A stretch of DNA of 52,305 nucleotides, counting the filler, from Squatina squatina (lineage: Eukaryota), in assembly GCA_031763465.1 (NCBI GenBank). It is 3 parts of 3 records of this genome, joined end to end, with 100 filler letters (N's around TTAATTAATTAA, not from the genome) between each part and the next. Parts side by side here need not be neighbours in the genome. Positions count along the whole stretch, not along the records: positions 1 to 21,970 come from JARFOE010000001.1; 2 more parts are not named here. One strand, given 5' to 3'. The position numbers were made by a program, and so were the translations under genes. The notes beneath the pieces were generated by a model. That model saw only the letters and a list, made by a program, of their open reading frames with translations, was not told the origin of the DNA and did not search any database. This document shows positions 1 to 14,283 of the stretch, piece after piece. Within the stretch, counting starts at the first letter, position 1. Each line of letters begins with the position of its first letter.

Positions 1-3000
1 AAGAGAATTGTTATTCATCATTCTAGACCCTGTGCAATATGAAATAGTTTATTGAAAATGTGACCAAAACAGACATAAAACGCAGTCCTGGATTATTCTG
101 GTGCGCAGTTCAGTAAAAGAACTGTGAACAAACTGGGAAACGATATTGCTATCAGCAGATTTCTATTAATATTTTGAATGTAACACAAGCTGAGGTTTCT
201 CTCCTTAAAGGAGATAGCGCTAATTTTACCAATCCATCTCATCTGATCATTGTGCTCATTAATCAGCATTCCCCAACCATTATGGTAGAAATAATGTGAA
301 AACTGACAAATGGAAAAATTGATAAAAGTGTATGGCTAGGCATTTCAGTAAAAGGAAATTCTAACAGGTTTAAGCAGGTTGATGAAAAGAATGAGCTGAT
401 CAATTATCTTACTGTCAAGCTGTTCATTTGAAAAACAATTTTGTATCGAGCAGCACTGTGGAGTGCTTTGGAGTGCCAATATACTATGCCATAGAATTGT
501 AGGATGTAAATTGCTGATTCCTCATATATTGAATTGCTAATTGTTAATTATCATAATATGGGTAATATTTCTACTAGGTTTCTGGTAGCTGGGGTATCCA
601 ATGAAAAGAGCAGAGCTTCCAAATGTTTTGTGGAAATAAATGAGTAACTATTACAATTGACTTGTCCAAACGAGGGACCACAAGANNNNNNNNNNNNNNN
701 NNNNNNNNNNNNNNNNNNNNNNNNNNNNNNNNNNNNNNNNNNNNNNNNNNNNNNNNNNNNNNNNNNNNNNNNNNNNNNNNNNNNNCTCTATTTTTTGAGA
801 GCCTCCCAGCTAATCAGATAAGCAACAAAACAAGATCTGTTGTTAGCTGAATAGCAAAAGTAATTGCTGACTGCTGTCAGAATTTTCATGCTATGACTAT
901 TTGGCACCTGACACAAAAAGCAGAATATGAATCTGTTTCTTATTGCTAATAAATGTTATCGAAGTGACAGAGTCAGTGATACTGTAGGCGCTTTCAAATA
1001 TAATTGGCCTGCGAATATGCAAATGGAGTGCTGCACTGCATTAGTTTCAATTGAACTCTTACAAAGGTGACATAGTATCTCAAAGAATGTGAGGGCTGAT
1101 TATAAGGTCTCAGCGTCGTGTCAGTGGGATTGCTATGCATTGTGCGTATGGTATAGTCGTGTGGAGAGCTGACTTCATGTCATTATTATATTTAGAATAT
1201 ATTTGCTGCGCACATTGGTTTAAGTATAGAGAGCACACATTATGCATTTCCCGAGAACTAGAGCTAAGATTTCATGTAAATTCAGACCCAGTAGATCTGT
1301 GCCAACACGGGTAGGGGATTTTCTCTTGTTGCCAACATTTAATGAAACCCAAGCTTTGTATCTGTCTGTTTAAGCTACAGGGGACCTGAATATCGTTAAA
1401 CATGTAGACTCGCATACAAATACACGAGGCTTGAACTTAACCCTTTCTTGAAGGTTTGATAGCAGCAGATGGGANNNNNNNNNNNNNNNNNNNNNNNNNN
1501 NNNNNNNNNNNNNNNNNNNNNNNNNNNNNNNNNNNNNNNNNNNNNNNNNNNNNNNNNNNNNNNNNNNNNNNNNNTGTTCTGTCTTTTCAGGGCACCCAAG
1601 AAATTATGGAGGTTAATTTCCGCAGGGATTCTCCCACTTGTCTGTTGTAACTTCTGGCGAAATCCAGCAAGAATAGTGTGAATGGTGCTTACACTTTTTT
1701 CCCGGGATTTCCGTGACTCTTCTACCGAAGTTACGGCAGAAGAGCGAGAGAATTCATCCACTCCAATTTTATTTATTCTAACTAGACGGTGCCAATTTTC
1801 ATTTTATTATTTTAAACCTACCAGTGTTGGATGAGAGTGCAATACATTTGTAATAGCAACATCATCCAATTTCTATAAATCATTAATGAACAGCGCACTC
1901 AAACATTAGATCAACTGTAGAAATTGCACTCCTTTGTTCACTATTTATGGTTTTTAATATCCCAAAGATATTTGAATAGCTATCCTGCAGTGATGAATCT
2001 TCGTGGCTAATTTCAACCAATTAACCATGACAATGATCTATAACAAAAATCAAATCATTTGATGCTGAATTCAATTATGGTCTCTTGAGTCTAGATTAAG
2101 CATAATTAAAATCATCAATGTGCAAAAAATTTACCCAAAATATAGAAACAAAAAGCCTTGAAATATTTTCCAAGGCAGCTATATAGTCATAAGGGAAATA
2201 TTGCACATAAGAAGTGCAAGATGTATTTTAAAATTGCTCCATTTTCCATTGTAGCATGCAGTTGGGGAGCAGTTGTGGGTAATGCTACTGGAAGTCTCAA
2301 GATATATATTCCATTCCCTCAGATCAAGCTCCAGTGCAAAAGACTAGGCNNNNNNNNNNNNNNNNNNNNNNNNNNNNNNNNNNNNNNNNNNNNNNNNNNN
2401 NNNNNNNNNNNNNNNNNNNNNNNNNNNNNNNNNNNNNNNNNNNNNNNNNGAGGACAGCCTCCATTCTTTGGCCACAATCAGTGCCTCAAGAGCTACATCT
2501 GAGAATCTGCGGGCTCTCTCCCTGTGCTGTGGCTCCACCATTTGATTTTACTGCCGTCTTCTCCTGGCAGCTGCATTTGGAACTGGATTGATAATGAGGT
2601 GCTGTAGCAGCAATGCACCTCTCCTTTAAGTACTGAATAATCCCTGTGCTAATCATGATTGGGAATTAGATTGGACCCGATGTTAGCCCACCTGTTGAGC
2701 AATAAGCCAATGAGTGGCGGTTTTAGCACTGAGATCAAGACTACATTCATGTTAATGAGGACTGAACATGGATTTTGTGTGCTCTCTCGGCCATTTTGAC
2801 CTGGCGCAGCTTAACACCATTGGGCCTTAACACTGCCCATTTTGTGGCCTAATCCAATATTCAACCCACAGGATCTACATGGAATTAACAGTATTCAAGG
2901 AGGAATGCAGATGCTGCTGCACTTACCTTTTATTTTGCACAAAAGATCTTGCGACTGGCCCAAATTCTTTATTATGCCTGTATGAATCATCTTGCACTTT

Positions 3001-4880
3001 GTAGATGCACACTTATTATCTGTATTATACAACTGTCTGAGTTATACTAAGTAAGATGAGCTGTGAAGTGAATAAATAACCTACNNNNNNNNNNNNNNNN
3101 NNNNNNNNNNNNNNNNNNNNNNNNNNNNNNNNNNNNNNNNNNNNNNNNNNNNNNNNNNNNNNNNNNNNNNNNNNNNNNNNNNNNCGGTATAGAAGATTTA
3201 CAACCAATCCATGCTCCCTTTTCTCAGTGTTAGTCACATTCTATTCCCTCAATAACTTTGTGTATCATTTCTAGTTACTTGATCTCCCACTACTTGTCTC
3301 TATTTTAATTAGGTTATGACTGGCAGATAGGGATGTGCTCTGAACCTCATTTTGAGTCTGAATAAATTGAAGATGAAAAATATAGCCTAATTCGTTTTAG
3401 CAGACAGATCTGCCTCTCTAAGAAAATCAAGGTTTGCAGTGGGATCATTGGTTGATTTTCATCAGGTCAGTGATCGTGTAATACCATATTGCCAGTTGCA
3501 TGGCAAACCTTAACATAACTCCATGTTTCATAGATTTGTTGAAACCTGGGAGAGAGTGAGGTAAAGATTGGCATGTGTTTTGCAGGTGTAAAATGGGAGC
3601 AAAACTTCCCATTTTAGTAGTGGGGCAGTCTGCATTCAATTTGTGCAGGCATTGGTCCCACTGCTAAATTTGTAGAGTCCATTTTTTAGATGTCCCAGGC
3701 ATTCGGCCCCTTGAATATGTCACTTAAGGACCTAATACCCATTGAAGGACCTTTATGTAAAATTTGTACCCAATGGGCAGGTGTCAGGCCTGTGCCTAGT
3801 TAGATAATCTCAGCTGGAGCAATACAGCTGGTATTTGTACTCCTGAGTAAGGGAGAGGGACATCAGCTAGAGTTCCTACTCCTTATCAGTAGCCCATGAT
3901 TCCCATTGGAAGTGTACATGTGTACAAGTGAATACAGGACTTGGGTCAGCTGTGATATTCCTCAATGGTTAAGTAGCTTGCTGACTCAATGTCATGCCCA
4001 CACTTGGCAATGGCCTCTAGGCGAGGTACCAGTAAGTGGAACTATATTCGAGCAAGAAGTTAAGGTTTTCGTTTCACAACGGGAGAAGAGGGAAGAATAT
4101 TGGCAAGAGGGAAAATAAGCTAATTTGTCTTCTATCACTTTGATGTTGCTAGGATACAGGAGATTGACTGCTTGCAAGATACCTTTGTTTTCTGAGAATG
4201 TTTAGCAGAGTCGTACATGTCACCTTGATAGCTCTGTTACACGTTTTTGTCCTGATATTAGACTGAAGTCTTGAGAAGACCCTGAATTCCATTTTTCTCC
4301 ATCAGGTCAAATTATATTTGTGTGCAGATTGAAATTGATGAAGCATATAGTGACCAATTTATGGTTAACTGAGAACAATACATTTTCTGCAATAATACTG
4401 AATACTCAATGAGCAACATTTACTTTTTTTTAATTCACAGTGGTACATCAGTTTTGCATAAAATATGGATTAATAATGTAAGAAACTCATTTTGTTAATA
4501 TAACTCCAACGGTGTTTCAGAGAGAAGCTAAATTTTGTGATCTTCATAATANNNNNNNNNNNNNNNNNNNNNNNNNNNNNNNNNNNNNNNNNNNNNNNNN
4601 NNNNNNNNNNNNNNNNNNNNNNNNNNNNNNNNNNNNNNNNNNNNNNNNNNNCAGCACTAATATGTACTGCTCTGGAAATATGGCTTATAGAAATGGCTTG
4701 CCTCAGCTTGTTTTAACATGTTAAACAACAGATAGATAGCGCATTAATCATCAACACAAAGCCTAAACTACACCAATGCATTTGCTCAAGATTACATAAT
4801 ACTATACATATTAATATTACAGCAAAATATAGGGTAGGGAAAGCAAAGATTTGAATATTTTGAAAATGTAAATCTTAATT

Positions 4881-5577
4881 GGGCCAAATCTTGGTGGAGT
4901 GGGGCATCTCAAGGATGCACCATTCTATAAATTGTTTCCTGCACTCTTGAGCTCGAAATTTTTCAAGCGTAACTTGCTGGAAGTGTGAGCCGAGGGCAAT
5001 GGGGACCTTAGTGAGCGCTGGACCAACAGTCTATCTCCTTAATTTAAGAATTGAGAAAGAAACAGGAATGACTGATAAGGTGGGTGAATTAGAGTCAAAT
5101 CTGGTAGAGAAAGAGAAATTAAGAGAGGGAAAGAAAAAGAGACAGAGAGGAAGAATAGGAATAAAAATGTAAAATTTAAAAACCTCTAACAATAATTTAC
5201 TTACTACCTGTAACAATGAGACTCCTCAGTTTAAATTGTTCAATTTCTGGGCCATTGTATTCATTCTTGGCATTGTATTAATAATTATCACGTAGTTATA
5301 AGGTGCTTGTGCTGTTAATGACCAGATTTAACTTTCTGTGGCGAGGTTAATGGGCAATCAATGTGCAAATCCAGCAAGTTTTTAAAAATAATGGGGAGGC
5401 TAAGGCAGAGATGCTGTTTGTGCAAAGCAAGTAGCAGAGTGATGTAAATCGATCAGCAAGTTCTAGAGATTCACAATTCACGCGTAGCTCTTAATCCCCT
5501 GAACTTGCTGGCCGATTTATACATTAATAATGATGTTATTGTTACCCCGCCATTGTTTTTCCAGCAAAATCTGGGTC
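4881..5577. mobile_element. Probable non-autonomous DNA element with imperfect termini
   Basis: Left gggccaaatcttggtgga versus reverse complement of right end gacccagattttgctgga. Confidence 0.4.
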
Positions 5578-7264
5578 ATTATATAAACATAAGGACAGGA
5601 TAAGATAGGGACTGAATTATGTCAGTGTGCCTTGGCCCACCTATTCCCCGACATCTAACCCTGCTTTGCCTGAAACAATAGTTGGTTTCAGTTTTTAAGC
5701 ATGCTACAATAGCTCTATTCTTTTTATGGTCTGCCCTTTGATTACGCATCAACCTCCATCTGCTCTTCCTCTGTCATTGTCCCCAGGCAACTCCAAACTT
5801 ATCTCTCTCAGGAGAATATAGCAGATTATGTCAACTTCTGCCTCCAAGAATAGTCTGGGTTCAGTTGGTTTTGTGATCCAATGTCCCTCTACACTTGACT
5901 GCACATTACTACTCAGTTTTGCAACCCCTGGGGTTTTATTTCATTGGTACAGACACCACCATAACTGTCCTTAACTATCTGATGAAGGGCTTACTAGCTG
6001 AAGTTAGCTAACTGAACAAAAGCTTTTGTTACAGCATTTTTGCCATGTGACTAAGCTTAATGCACATTCAACCCTCAGAAAGATAATTAATACTCTTGTG
6101 TTGAATGTTTTTACCAGTTTGAGGAAGGCCTTGGCCAAATCTCATCAGAAGAACTAAGCTTTGCAACTGCCTCATTTGTATTCTCAGTCCAGTAATGTTA
6201 ACATCGGAAATACACTAAATACAGCAATTTTACAAAAAAAAAATCTAGCTTGAAGTGTAATTGCAAATTGTAAAATTGCAAAGTTACTAACACTTTGGTA
6301 TAAAGCATGTTAAGAAACAGGACCTTGATGCTTTCACTGGTTTATGAACATTCACAAGAATGAGGTAAATCCCAAATCATTTAGATTTTTGAAGCATTTT
6401 CTTTCAAACTTGCTTTCAATGTAGAAAAATTGGCTGTAGCTTGGCCTATGAAAATAAAAGCGGAGAAGCATGNNNNNNNNNNNNNNNNNNNNNNNNNNNN
6501 NNNNNNNNNNNNNNNNNNNNNNNNNNNNNNNNNNNNNNNNNNNNNNNNNNNNNNNNNNNNNNNNNNNNNNNNACACATGTATTCAGTTAAAATTCTGCAC
6601 AGGTCTTATTGAACAACCTGTATAAACCATATGGAATATAATCCCTTTAATTTGCAGCTTGCTGGAAGGAATAGAATAGCTTTGAGCTAGACAGCCATGT
6701 CTTCTGATCTTGTGAAAGGAGGAGTTATTTTGATGAGTTCTGTTTATCCATGGAAAGGTTATCAGAACTGCTGCATTTTCTCTCGGGAATCCCAACACCT
6801 CACACTGATAGCTTGTTAACACAACGTTATACACAGTCTGGAAACGCGTCAATGAATCATGGCTCCAGAAGAATCCAGCCTCAATCAACACGTGGTTTAA
6901 TATTTGCTGTAAATGATTATGGTGGACAGGATTACATATGTTCTCATGTTATAGAATGACTTTGTCCAAAGATTGTTTGGAAAAATGTGCAAACATTGCT
7001 GAAGAAGAAATATGACAGTCTGGCTCCAAGCTACTAGTCTCAGTCTGGTAATTCAAGAATCGATCTCAACCTGATAGAACCTGATTTATGTTGCCTGGCT
7101 CTGAATTGGCTTCTTAGAAGCAGGAGAGGATTCATTATTACATGTGTGCTTATGCATACGTGCACAATCTTAGGGAGTTTTTTTTTAAACAAATCTTCAA
7201 GTTTGTAATAAATTGGCAACAATCCTGGTTTTAGAGCTTATCGTAATCTCAACATGAGTTTAAA

Positions 7265-7464
7265 AGGGTAATTTGCTGACTCCACGCTTCCTGGCAGGGA
7301 GTCTCACCCACTGGAAATGCATATAACTGAGGATGTGTTGTGTATGATTTTATGGCTATTTAAATTAGTGATTGGAAAATTGCATGCAGTGCACACCTGA
7401 ATTCCTGATATGTGGCCCCAGTGCATACTTCCTGCCAGGAGTGCAACGTCAAAACATTACCCCT
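7265..7464. mobile_element. MITE-like element with about 40-bp imperfect terminal inverted repeats
   Basis: Left agggtaatttgctgactccacgcttcctggcaggga versus reverse complement of right end aggggtaatgttttgacgttgcactcctggcaggaa. Confidence 0.6.
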
Positions 7465-9099
7465 TAGAATTCAAACCCCTTTGTAGGCTCTCAACAAACT
7501 AGTTGCATGCCCATTTGCAGCTTGTTGGTATAAATTCTGAAAGAAATCAAAAGTATAAATACTAATAAGTTCTTAGCGTGGAACCAGAAAAATCAGGGGG
7601 CACGATTACAGATTATGGAAACTGTGACCTAAACATTTTTTAAGGCTTCACTTCTTCACATTCACCATCGTGAAATGTGTGAAAGAGATTGGGATTTAGT
7701 ACGAGGAATAATAATTTGACTGACAGATTCAAAACTGTCTTATTCATCACTGAGTGGAGAGCTATCAGCTTGGCACTAGGATGGGAATGAAATAAAGCAA
7801 GTTTGGTTTAAATCCCAATTGCTTATCTAAACGGCAGGGTAAATTGGATAGCTTATGGACCTCTTGTTCTTAGCTTCTGGTGTTATTTGCACTGTATTAT
7901 GGAGATTTCTATGCTGGAGCTTTATGTCTACGGTCTAATCCTAATAATTCGACATCATTTTTTCCACTAGAAAATGTAATTATCAAAATTTGAATTAAGC
8001 TACATAAATAACAAAGGAAAATAGTAATTTAGTGCTAAAAATAATTCTCAGATAATCTAAATGAAGTAATTTTGAATGAAGTGTAGTTATACTGGGAGGT
8101 GCGTTGAGACATTCACCTTAGAACACGAACAACCATCAGGGAGCAGGCATTCATCCCAAGAGCCTGGACTAGATTTAAACCCAAGGTGAAATTATATTTC
8201 TTAATCCTCTGTTGCTATTCTGTTCCCACAAGAGACAAATCAAATGTTTAAAAAAAATACAGTTGCCTAGAAATTGCTGTTAGCAATATTAACAAAGGAC
8301 TTCTTAACATGACTGTTTGATAGTCCTCTGTTATTTCAATACTAGCACGAAATTATTTATATAAATGGGTTAACTTCTCCATTAGAATAGTGTATAAAGA
8401 AATGTCATAAGAATATGTTCACTGTGTGTGTAAGTTTAACTGTGTCATCACCGCTGCTTACAAATTTATGTTTCCATCAGAATGAGATACAGGCCTCAAA
8501 AATTCCTTTACTACTTTTTTTGACATTTTGTAATGGCCATCATTTAGCCTCAAAACAGCCTTTGAACTAAGGGCCAAGGTTTAAAAACATCCCTGCACAC
8601 TATTCAAAAACAAATGGACCACAAGAAGTAGTAGATTGGCTAAACACGCATTAATGTATCAATAGGAAATGAAGAGACTCTATTATAGTTCAGCGTATCC
8701 ACGAGGGGAAGTATTGAGTGCTCACAGAGAGGATGGAAAGTAGACAAATTGTGACAATAAGAAAGAGGCAGGCAAAGAGACGGAAGTAGAGAAAGATCCA
8801 AACACAGGCAGGAGATTGATTTTCAGTCTACTTTCCTACCCAATCTGTAAATGCCAGACTATCCAGAAATAAACTGCATATAGTTCTCTGTATTACTAAA
8901 TGTCTAAAAAAAAATCTGCTACATTGCATATTATTTAATTTATGAGGTTGCTGGTTCCAAAGCTTTTTTCTAAAGAAAGTAGCAATCCTGTGTAATGATA
9001 ACTCTGAAATACTCTAATTGTAATGTAGACTGATTTGATTTTCTGGAAAGTCCAATTCAAGGATTCTACTTTTTGCTTTTTTTTAATAAGGGGAAGCTA

Positions 9100-9255
9100 A
9101 ATAAGTACATGAGGGGAAAAGGAATAGAAGGATATGGTGATAGGGTAAGATAAAGTAAGGTGGAGGAGGCTCGTATGGTGCATAAACACCGGTATAGACA
9201 AGTTAGGCTGAATGGCCTGTTTCTGTGCTATAAATTCTATGTAATTCCATGTAAT
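9100..9255 (+). mobile_element. CR1 LINE 3' end
   Basis: ggaggaggctcgtatggtgcataaacaccgg...ggctgaatggcctgtttctgtgctataaattctatgtaattc short-repeat tail. Confidence 0.7.
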
Positions 9256-10001
9256 AAGACTATAACAAAAATACATATTTATCACATAATAAATTTAGTA
9301 CCTGGGGTGCATATTTAATTGAAAGCTCATTGTAGGTACCTGCAGTACCTGTAATTCATGTAGGTGTCATTATAATAGGTATTTTCAACGTTCAAGGTGT
9401 CACACCGCGCGACTTGCAAAAGCAGCTATTTTATAGAGTATATCACCTTGTGATCACGCAATTTAGCAACATGACTTCCACAGTTCTCAACGTGGTTTCT
9501 GAATTTTTATTCAGCTACCAGTTGTTTTCTCAGCAATTCAAATTTTTAGGCCCTGGAATTCCAGGAAGCTTCTATTGACTATACCCTATTATTGTAGTGT
9601 GAGACCAGCAGATTCCCCAAGGAAACAGCATAACTGAAACTTCAGGGTCCTAAATCCCAAAATACGGCTTTACACAAACGTGAAAATTCAAAAATTACAG
9701 ACTNNNNNNNNNNNNNNNNNNNNNNNNNNNNNNNNNNNNNNNNNNNNNNNNNNNNNNNNNNNNNNNNNNNNNNNNNNNNNNNNNNNNNNNNNNNNNNNNN
9801 NNNTCCCTACATTTGGTTGAAACAGTTCTGAGAGTGCAGGACAGGCTTCAGAAGGGAGGAGGAAAAAATTTACAAAAAAAAATTCAGAAAGAACAGTAGG
9901 GAACACTCCTCTAAAGAAATTCTGGGAAATAATTTTTTTTTTTTAAAACATCAAGTTGTTCAAATTTCCTCTGCAATAATATGCTTAATACTTTGACCTG
10001 T

Positions 10002-10320
10002 AACAACAACTTGCATTTATTTACAGCCTTTACTGTAACGTCCCAAGCGCATCACAGGAATGTTATCAAACAAAATTCGACACCGAACCACATCAGAAAA
10101 TATTAGGACAGGTGATCAAAAGCTTGGTCAAAGAGGTAGGTTTTAAGAAGTGTCTTAAAGGATGAGAGAGAGGTAGAGAGGCAGAGAGGTTTAGGGAGGA
10201 AATTCCAGAGCTTAGGGAGGGAATTCCAGAGCTAGGACCCAGGCACAGCCACCAATGGTGGAGCGATGAAAATCGGGAATGTGCAAGAGGCCAGAATTGA
10301 AGAAGTACAGAGCTCTTGGA
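10002..10320 (-). mobile_element. L2 LINE 3' end
   Basis: aacaacaacttgcatttat tail and aggtgatcaaaagcttggtcaaagaggtaggttttaag; reverse complement of the 29666 and 33229 copies. Confidence 0.75.
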
Positions 10321-10739
10321 ACAGCACAAGAAATCTCTCTTGGATTTGCAATGAATGCCAGATGGCTATCCTATCCTACCTACCATACAATATGGTAATG
10401 ACTGAATGTGGATATGCATACTGTGGACTGTGTGACTGATATCAGGGCCAGGGTCGGGTGGGGGTTTGCTGCGGGTGGAACTCAAGCATGCTGATATTAC
10501 CCAATGGAACTTTTGCAGGGTAAAAAGTCCATGATGTGCACAGCAGGGATGGGAGCAGTGTGCAGCTGAGCATCCTGTCACTCCATTGCACATGGCCACA
10601 TATACCTGAGTCTTCAGGCCCCATCGTATTATCATAGTGAGCTCCCACTGGCAGCTCACATGTTGGAAGGAGGGATTTCCTGCACTGATGGTCTACTTAA
10701 AGGACGGCAGTGACCATATAAATGGAAGTGGTCATTGGA

Positions 10740-10980
10740 AGTGGAACAAACAATAACTAGCAAAAGAACTTCTTGTGCAACTGGTGGAATGCCCTCACCC
10801 ATTTTACAGATGGCAAAATGGAGGTGGGAACTTAGCATTCCATGGCAGACTCCCCAGAAGAGATAAGGGTAGCATGCCTGGTAGGAGATGCCAGCTAATG
10901 TCAATGCCATCTCTAGTGCCCACAGGAGCTGGAAACATGTGGAAAAATATGGCAGACCTTAAGGAAACTTCCACGGTAAG
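10740..10980 (+). mobile_element. Highly decayed Harbinger Myb/SANT-like remnant
   Basis: AW*EMPANVNAISSAHRSWKH... followed by a gtaag donor, in the same arrangement as the 42584 element. Confidence 0.45.
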
Positions 10981-13484
10981 GCTACCAAAATAAATGAGGT
11001 AGGTATACATGCCACAGTGTGTTGCTTGTCAACCTGTTGCACATTGATCACTACCTGTGCAATGCCCTCAAACAACCTTACAGCTCTTTCAATGTTTATT
11101 ATGCAAGCCTGCATGTCCAACCTGAAACTTGTAATTCAAGCTGTTATCATATTGACATCTTAAAGGGCTTCACGCAAACAATCAGCTTTAAAANNNNNNN
11201 NNNAATTGCTATTTTCCTGGATAATAATAAATGTTGGAAAAAGGCAATAACTTACGTTGTCCTACAAATTGCACTTTTATCCCAAATGGTTACTGAGATA
11301 AGATAGTGCCTTTAAATATTTGTCTTTAATTCTACATAACACAGGGATGTAATAGCCTTTAGCCATTTTTGTTTGCTTCTTTTTTGTATCCATGGTTTTG
11401 TATAATCTGTGCAGACAAACACTGATATACACTGGCAGCAGGGAAATACCTTGAGGAAACAATTGTGCATGTCTCTTTCAGTCAAAATCACAGGCAGTTC
11501 TACTTTTCCATTGCTCTGCCAGGAGCCAGGCATGTGTGCATACTCAGTGACCTTACACTAACAACTAAAGCAGTTATCAGGCTTCACACAGTGATTAGCT
11601 AGTGTCATCGCTTCATCAAATGCAACACCAAGTGAAGAAGGAAAGAATTGCAGCCTGTATTAGATATGCTTTTCAATGAACNNNNNNNNNNNNNNNNNNN
11701 NNNNNNNNNNNNNNNNNNNNNNNNNNNNNNNNNNNNNNNNNNNNNNNNNNNNNNNNNNNNNNNNNNNNNNNNNNNNNNNNNTAGATTACCTATACCCAAA
11801 ATGAGCACTGATGTCAGTGGCACCCAAAGTCATGGAAGACATTGCAAGTGATGGATTTATTCTGTCAGACAAATAACAGATGGTGACAGCTGAGACTTCA
11901 AATTGAGAGGCGGGAGGTGAGGGCTACTAGTCTATTATGAAGCCTCTATGGTGATGTCCTTAGACCAAAGCTGACTGAGAGGTGATGTTGTTGATGAGCC
12001 TGCCATACAAGTGAATTGCTTTGGGTTTTCTTACGACCACTGAAAATTGTAGCATTTGGAGAAATACATTATGATGTTTTAAGCCACGCATTGCTTCTGT
12101 AATCTATTGAAGAGATAGGGTGCTACTACATGAACAAATTCTGACCTGATCTTAGCTCAGAAGGCCAGTTATAACAAATTTTGCATTAATTCAACATGGT
12201 TTTCACATTATGACATTGCAGAATCCGTATTGTAACTTCTGCAGTTTAAGGTGGCCGTTCTCAGCTCAATTTTAATTTATCAGCACCAGCTTGAGACCAC
12301 CTATGAAAGTTGCAAAAATTCTCAATTGCTCGGATCAGTTTTAACGTCAGTAAAGATCTGACACTCATAGACTGCTTTTCAACAAAACAATTTCTAATGT
12401 ATTGAGACACTAGTGAAAGGAGCTCTGTGCATGCATTTAGATTCACATGTGCAAAGCTCAGCCATTCTGCTGAACCCGAGTCAAAAGTGTGGAGCACAAC
12501 ACATTCTGTCCCTTTGCACCACTTTTAAAGATAGGACTGGAGTCTGACTGTTGCTTAAAAGAGAACGCAAGCAGCCTTACCCACTGAGAGCCTCACATTA
12601 AATATATTGCACCATAAATATTTGAAAAAGGCTATANNNNNNNNNNNNNNNNNNNNNNNNNNNNNNNNNNNNNNNNNNNNNNNNNNNNNNNNNNNNNNNN
12701 NNNNNNNNNNNNNNNNNNNNNNNNNNNNNNNNNNNNNNNNNNNNNNNNNNNNNNNNNNNNNNNNNNNNNNNNNNNNNNNNNNNNNNNNNNNNNNNNNNNN
12801 NNNNNNNNNNNNNNNNNNNNNNNNNNNNNNNNNNNNNNNNNNNNNNNNNNNNNNNNNNNNNNNNNNNNNNNNNNNNNNNNNNNNNNNNNNNNNNNNNNNN
12901 NNNNNNNNNNNNNNNNNNNNNNNNNNNNNNNNNNNNNNNNNNNNNNNNNNNNNNNNNNNNNNNNNNNNNNNNNNNNNNNNNNNNNNNNNNNNNNNNNNNN
13001 NNGAGGTTTCCACTGCAAATACCCTGGATGGAAAGTTTCCAAACACTTTGTAGATTGTACACAGATGTCTCAGAAGATTAATTGTCATCGTTCATAGAAT
13101 TAGTCCCCTCTGATTTTACAGTCAATTTGGGCATTTTCTAACTGCTTATCAATTGATAGATGAAGAACTTTAATGTGAAGATATTTGAATGTGATCTTGA
13201 ACAATATTGAACAGGATCTTCTGATACAGGTCGATGCAGATTTTCAGTATTATTTGCAACAGGGTGTACTATAACAGTGATGGTTGTTAAGCTTTTAGTA
13301 TTCTGGGGATGATTTCAGTTCTTTTCTTAAAAGGAAACATATGGAGAGCCTGACGGGACTGATACGTTACGGTTCAGGATCACAAAACACACTCTGAGAA
13401 ACGGTTTAATCCAGTTGTGTATTTAACTATTATTTCTGATGATTTATGAATTACAACAACTAAAAGGGGAAAAATGATCTAAGA

Positions 13485-14090
13485 GGGGGAATTTCAACCC
13501 TCTGTGATAGAATGAGAGTAAAACTTCAAGCAGGCCATTCAGCACTCGTTTCCCAACCCCAGACCATTCTACTGCAGCACTTTTCTTGGATGGTTGAGGC
13601 GATCACTTGACTTGGGGTGGGGGCGCCTCACTAATAAATATAAATCAGGGTCTTATGTTGTTATTAGGAACCAAATGTAATTTCAACGGCCTATTAAGAC
13701 GCCCACAAGAGGTGTTCCACTCAGTAAAACCTGGTGAATTCCCAGCAAAGGCCCTGTCAGGTGAGTTTAAAACTTACCTTTGTGGGTCCAGGGGAAGCAG
13801 GACTGCTCCTTCCGGCCCTACAAAGAAAGGTTGGGCCACTGCCGTCCCGGGTTCCTCTGACCCTTATGACCCGCGAAAGTGCCCTGAAACAACCCACCAC
13901 TCCTGACTGTCACAGGGCCACCAGATTTTGACCAACAAGCTACACCTGGTTGTCCTTTCCAGGCAGGCATTTGGCCGCTGGAATGTTAATGAAGTCCAGC
14001 CACTAAAATGGACCAGGCTTCCTACTGCAGCTTCTAAGTGAGCGGCCCATGGGCCCTGCCGGGTTTCCACTCGTGTATTAAAATTCTCCC
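13485..14090. mobile_element. Non-autonomous DNA element with GGG(G/A)GAATTT termini
   Basis: gggggaattt at the left, aaattctccc at the right; GC-richer interior than the flanks. Confidence 0.5.
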
Positions 14091-14283
14091 TCAGGTATTT
14101 GCTTATTCTGATTCTGTACAACATCAATATTGTTACAACCAACAACAAACACTTCCATTTTTATAGCGCCTATCACAACCACCNNNNNNNNNNNNNNNNN
14201 NNNNNNNNNNNNNNNNNNNNNNNNNNNNNNNNNNNNNNNNNNNNNNNNNNNNNNNNNNNNNNNNNNNNNNNNNNNNNNNNNNN

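Noticed and set aside
2927-2977. Possible 51-bp minus-strand exon with AG|gtaagt donor
   Set aside because: Poor acceptor tract and no recognisable peptide in any frame.
12555-13088. ORFs of 136-177 aa and other X-rich ORFs throughout the track
   Set aside because: They read through N runs and have no recognisable coding content.
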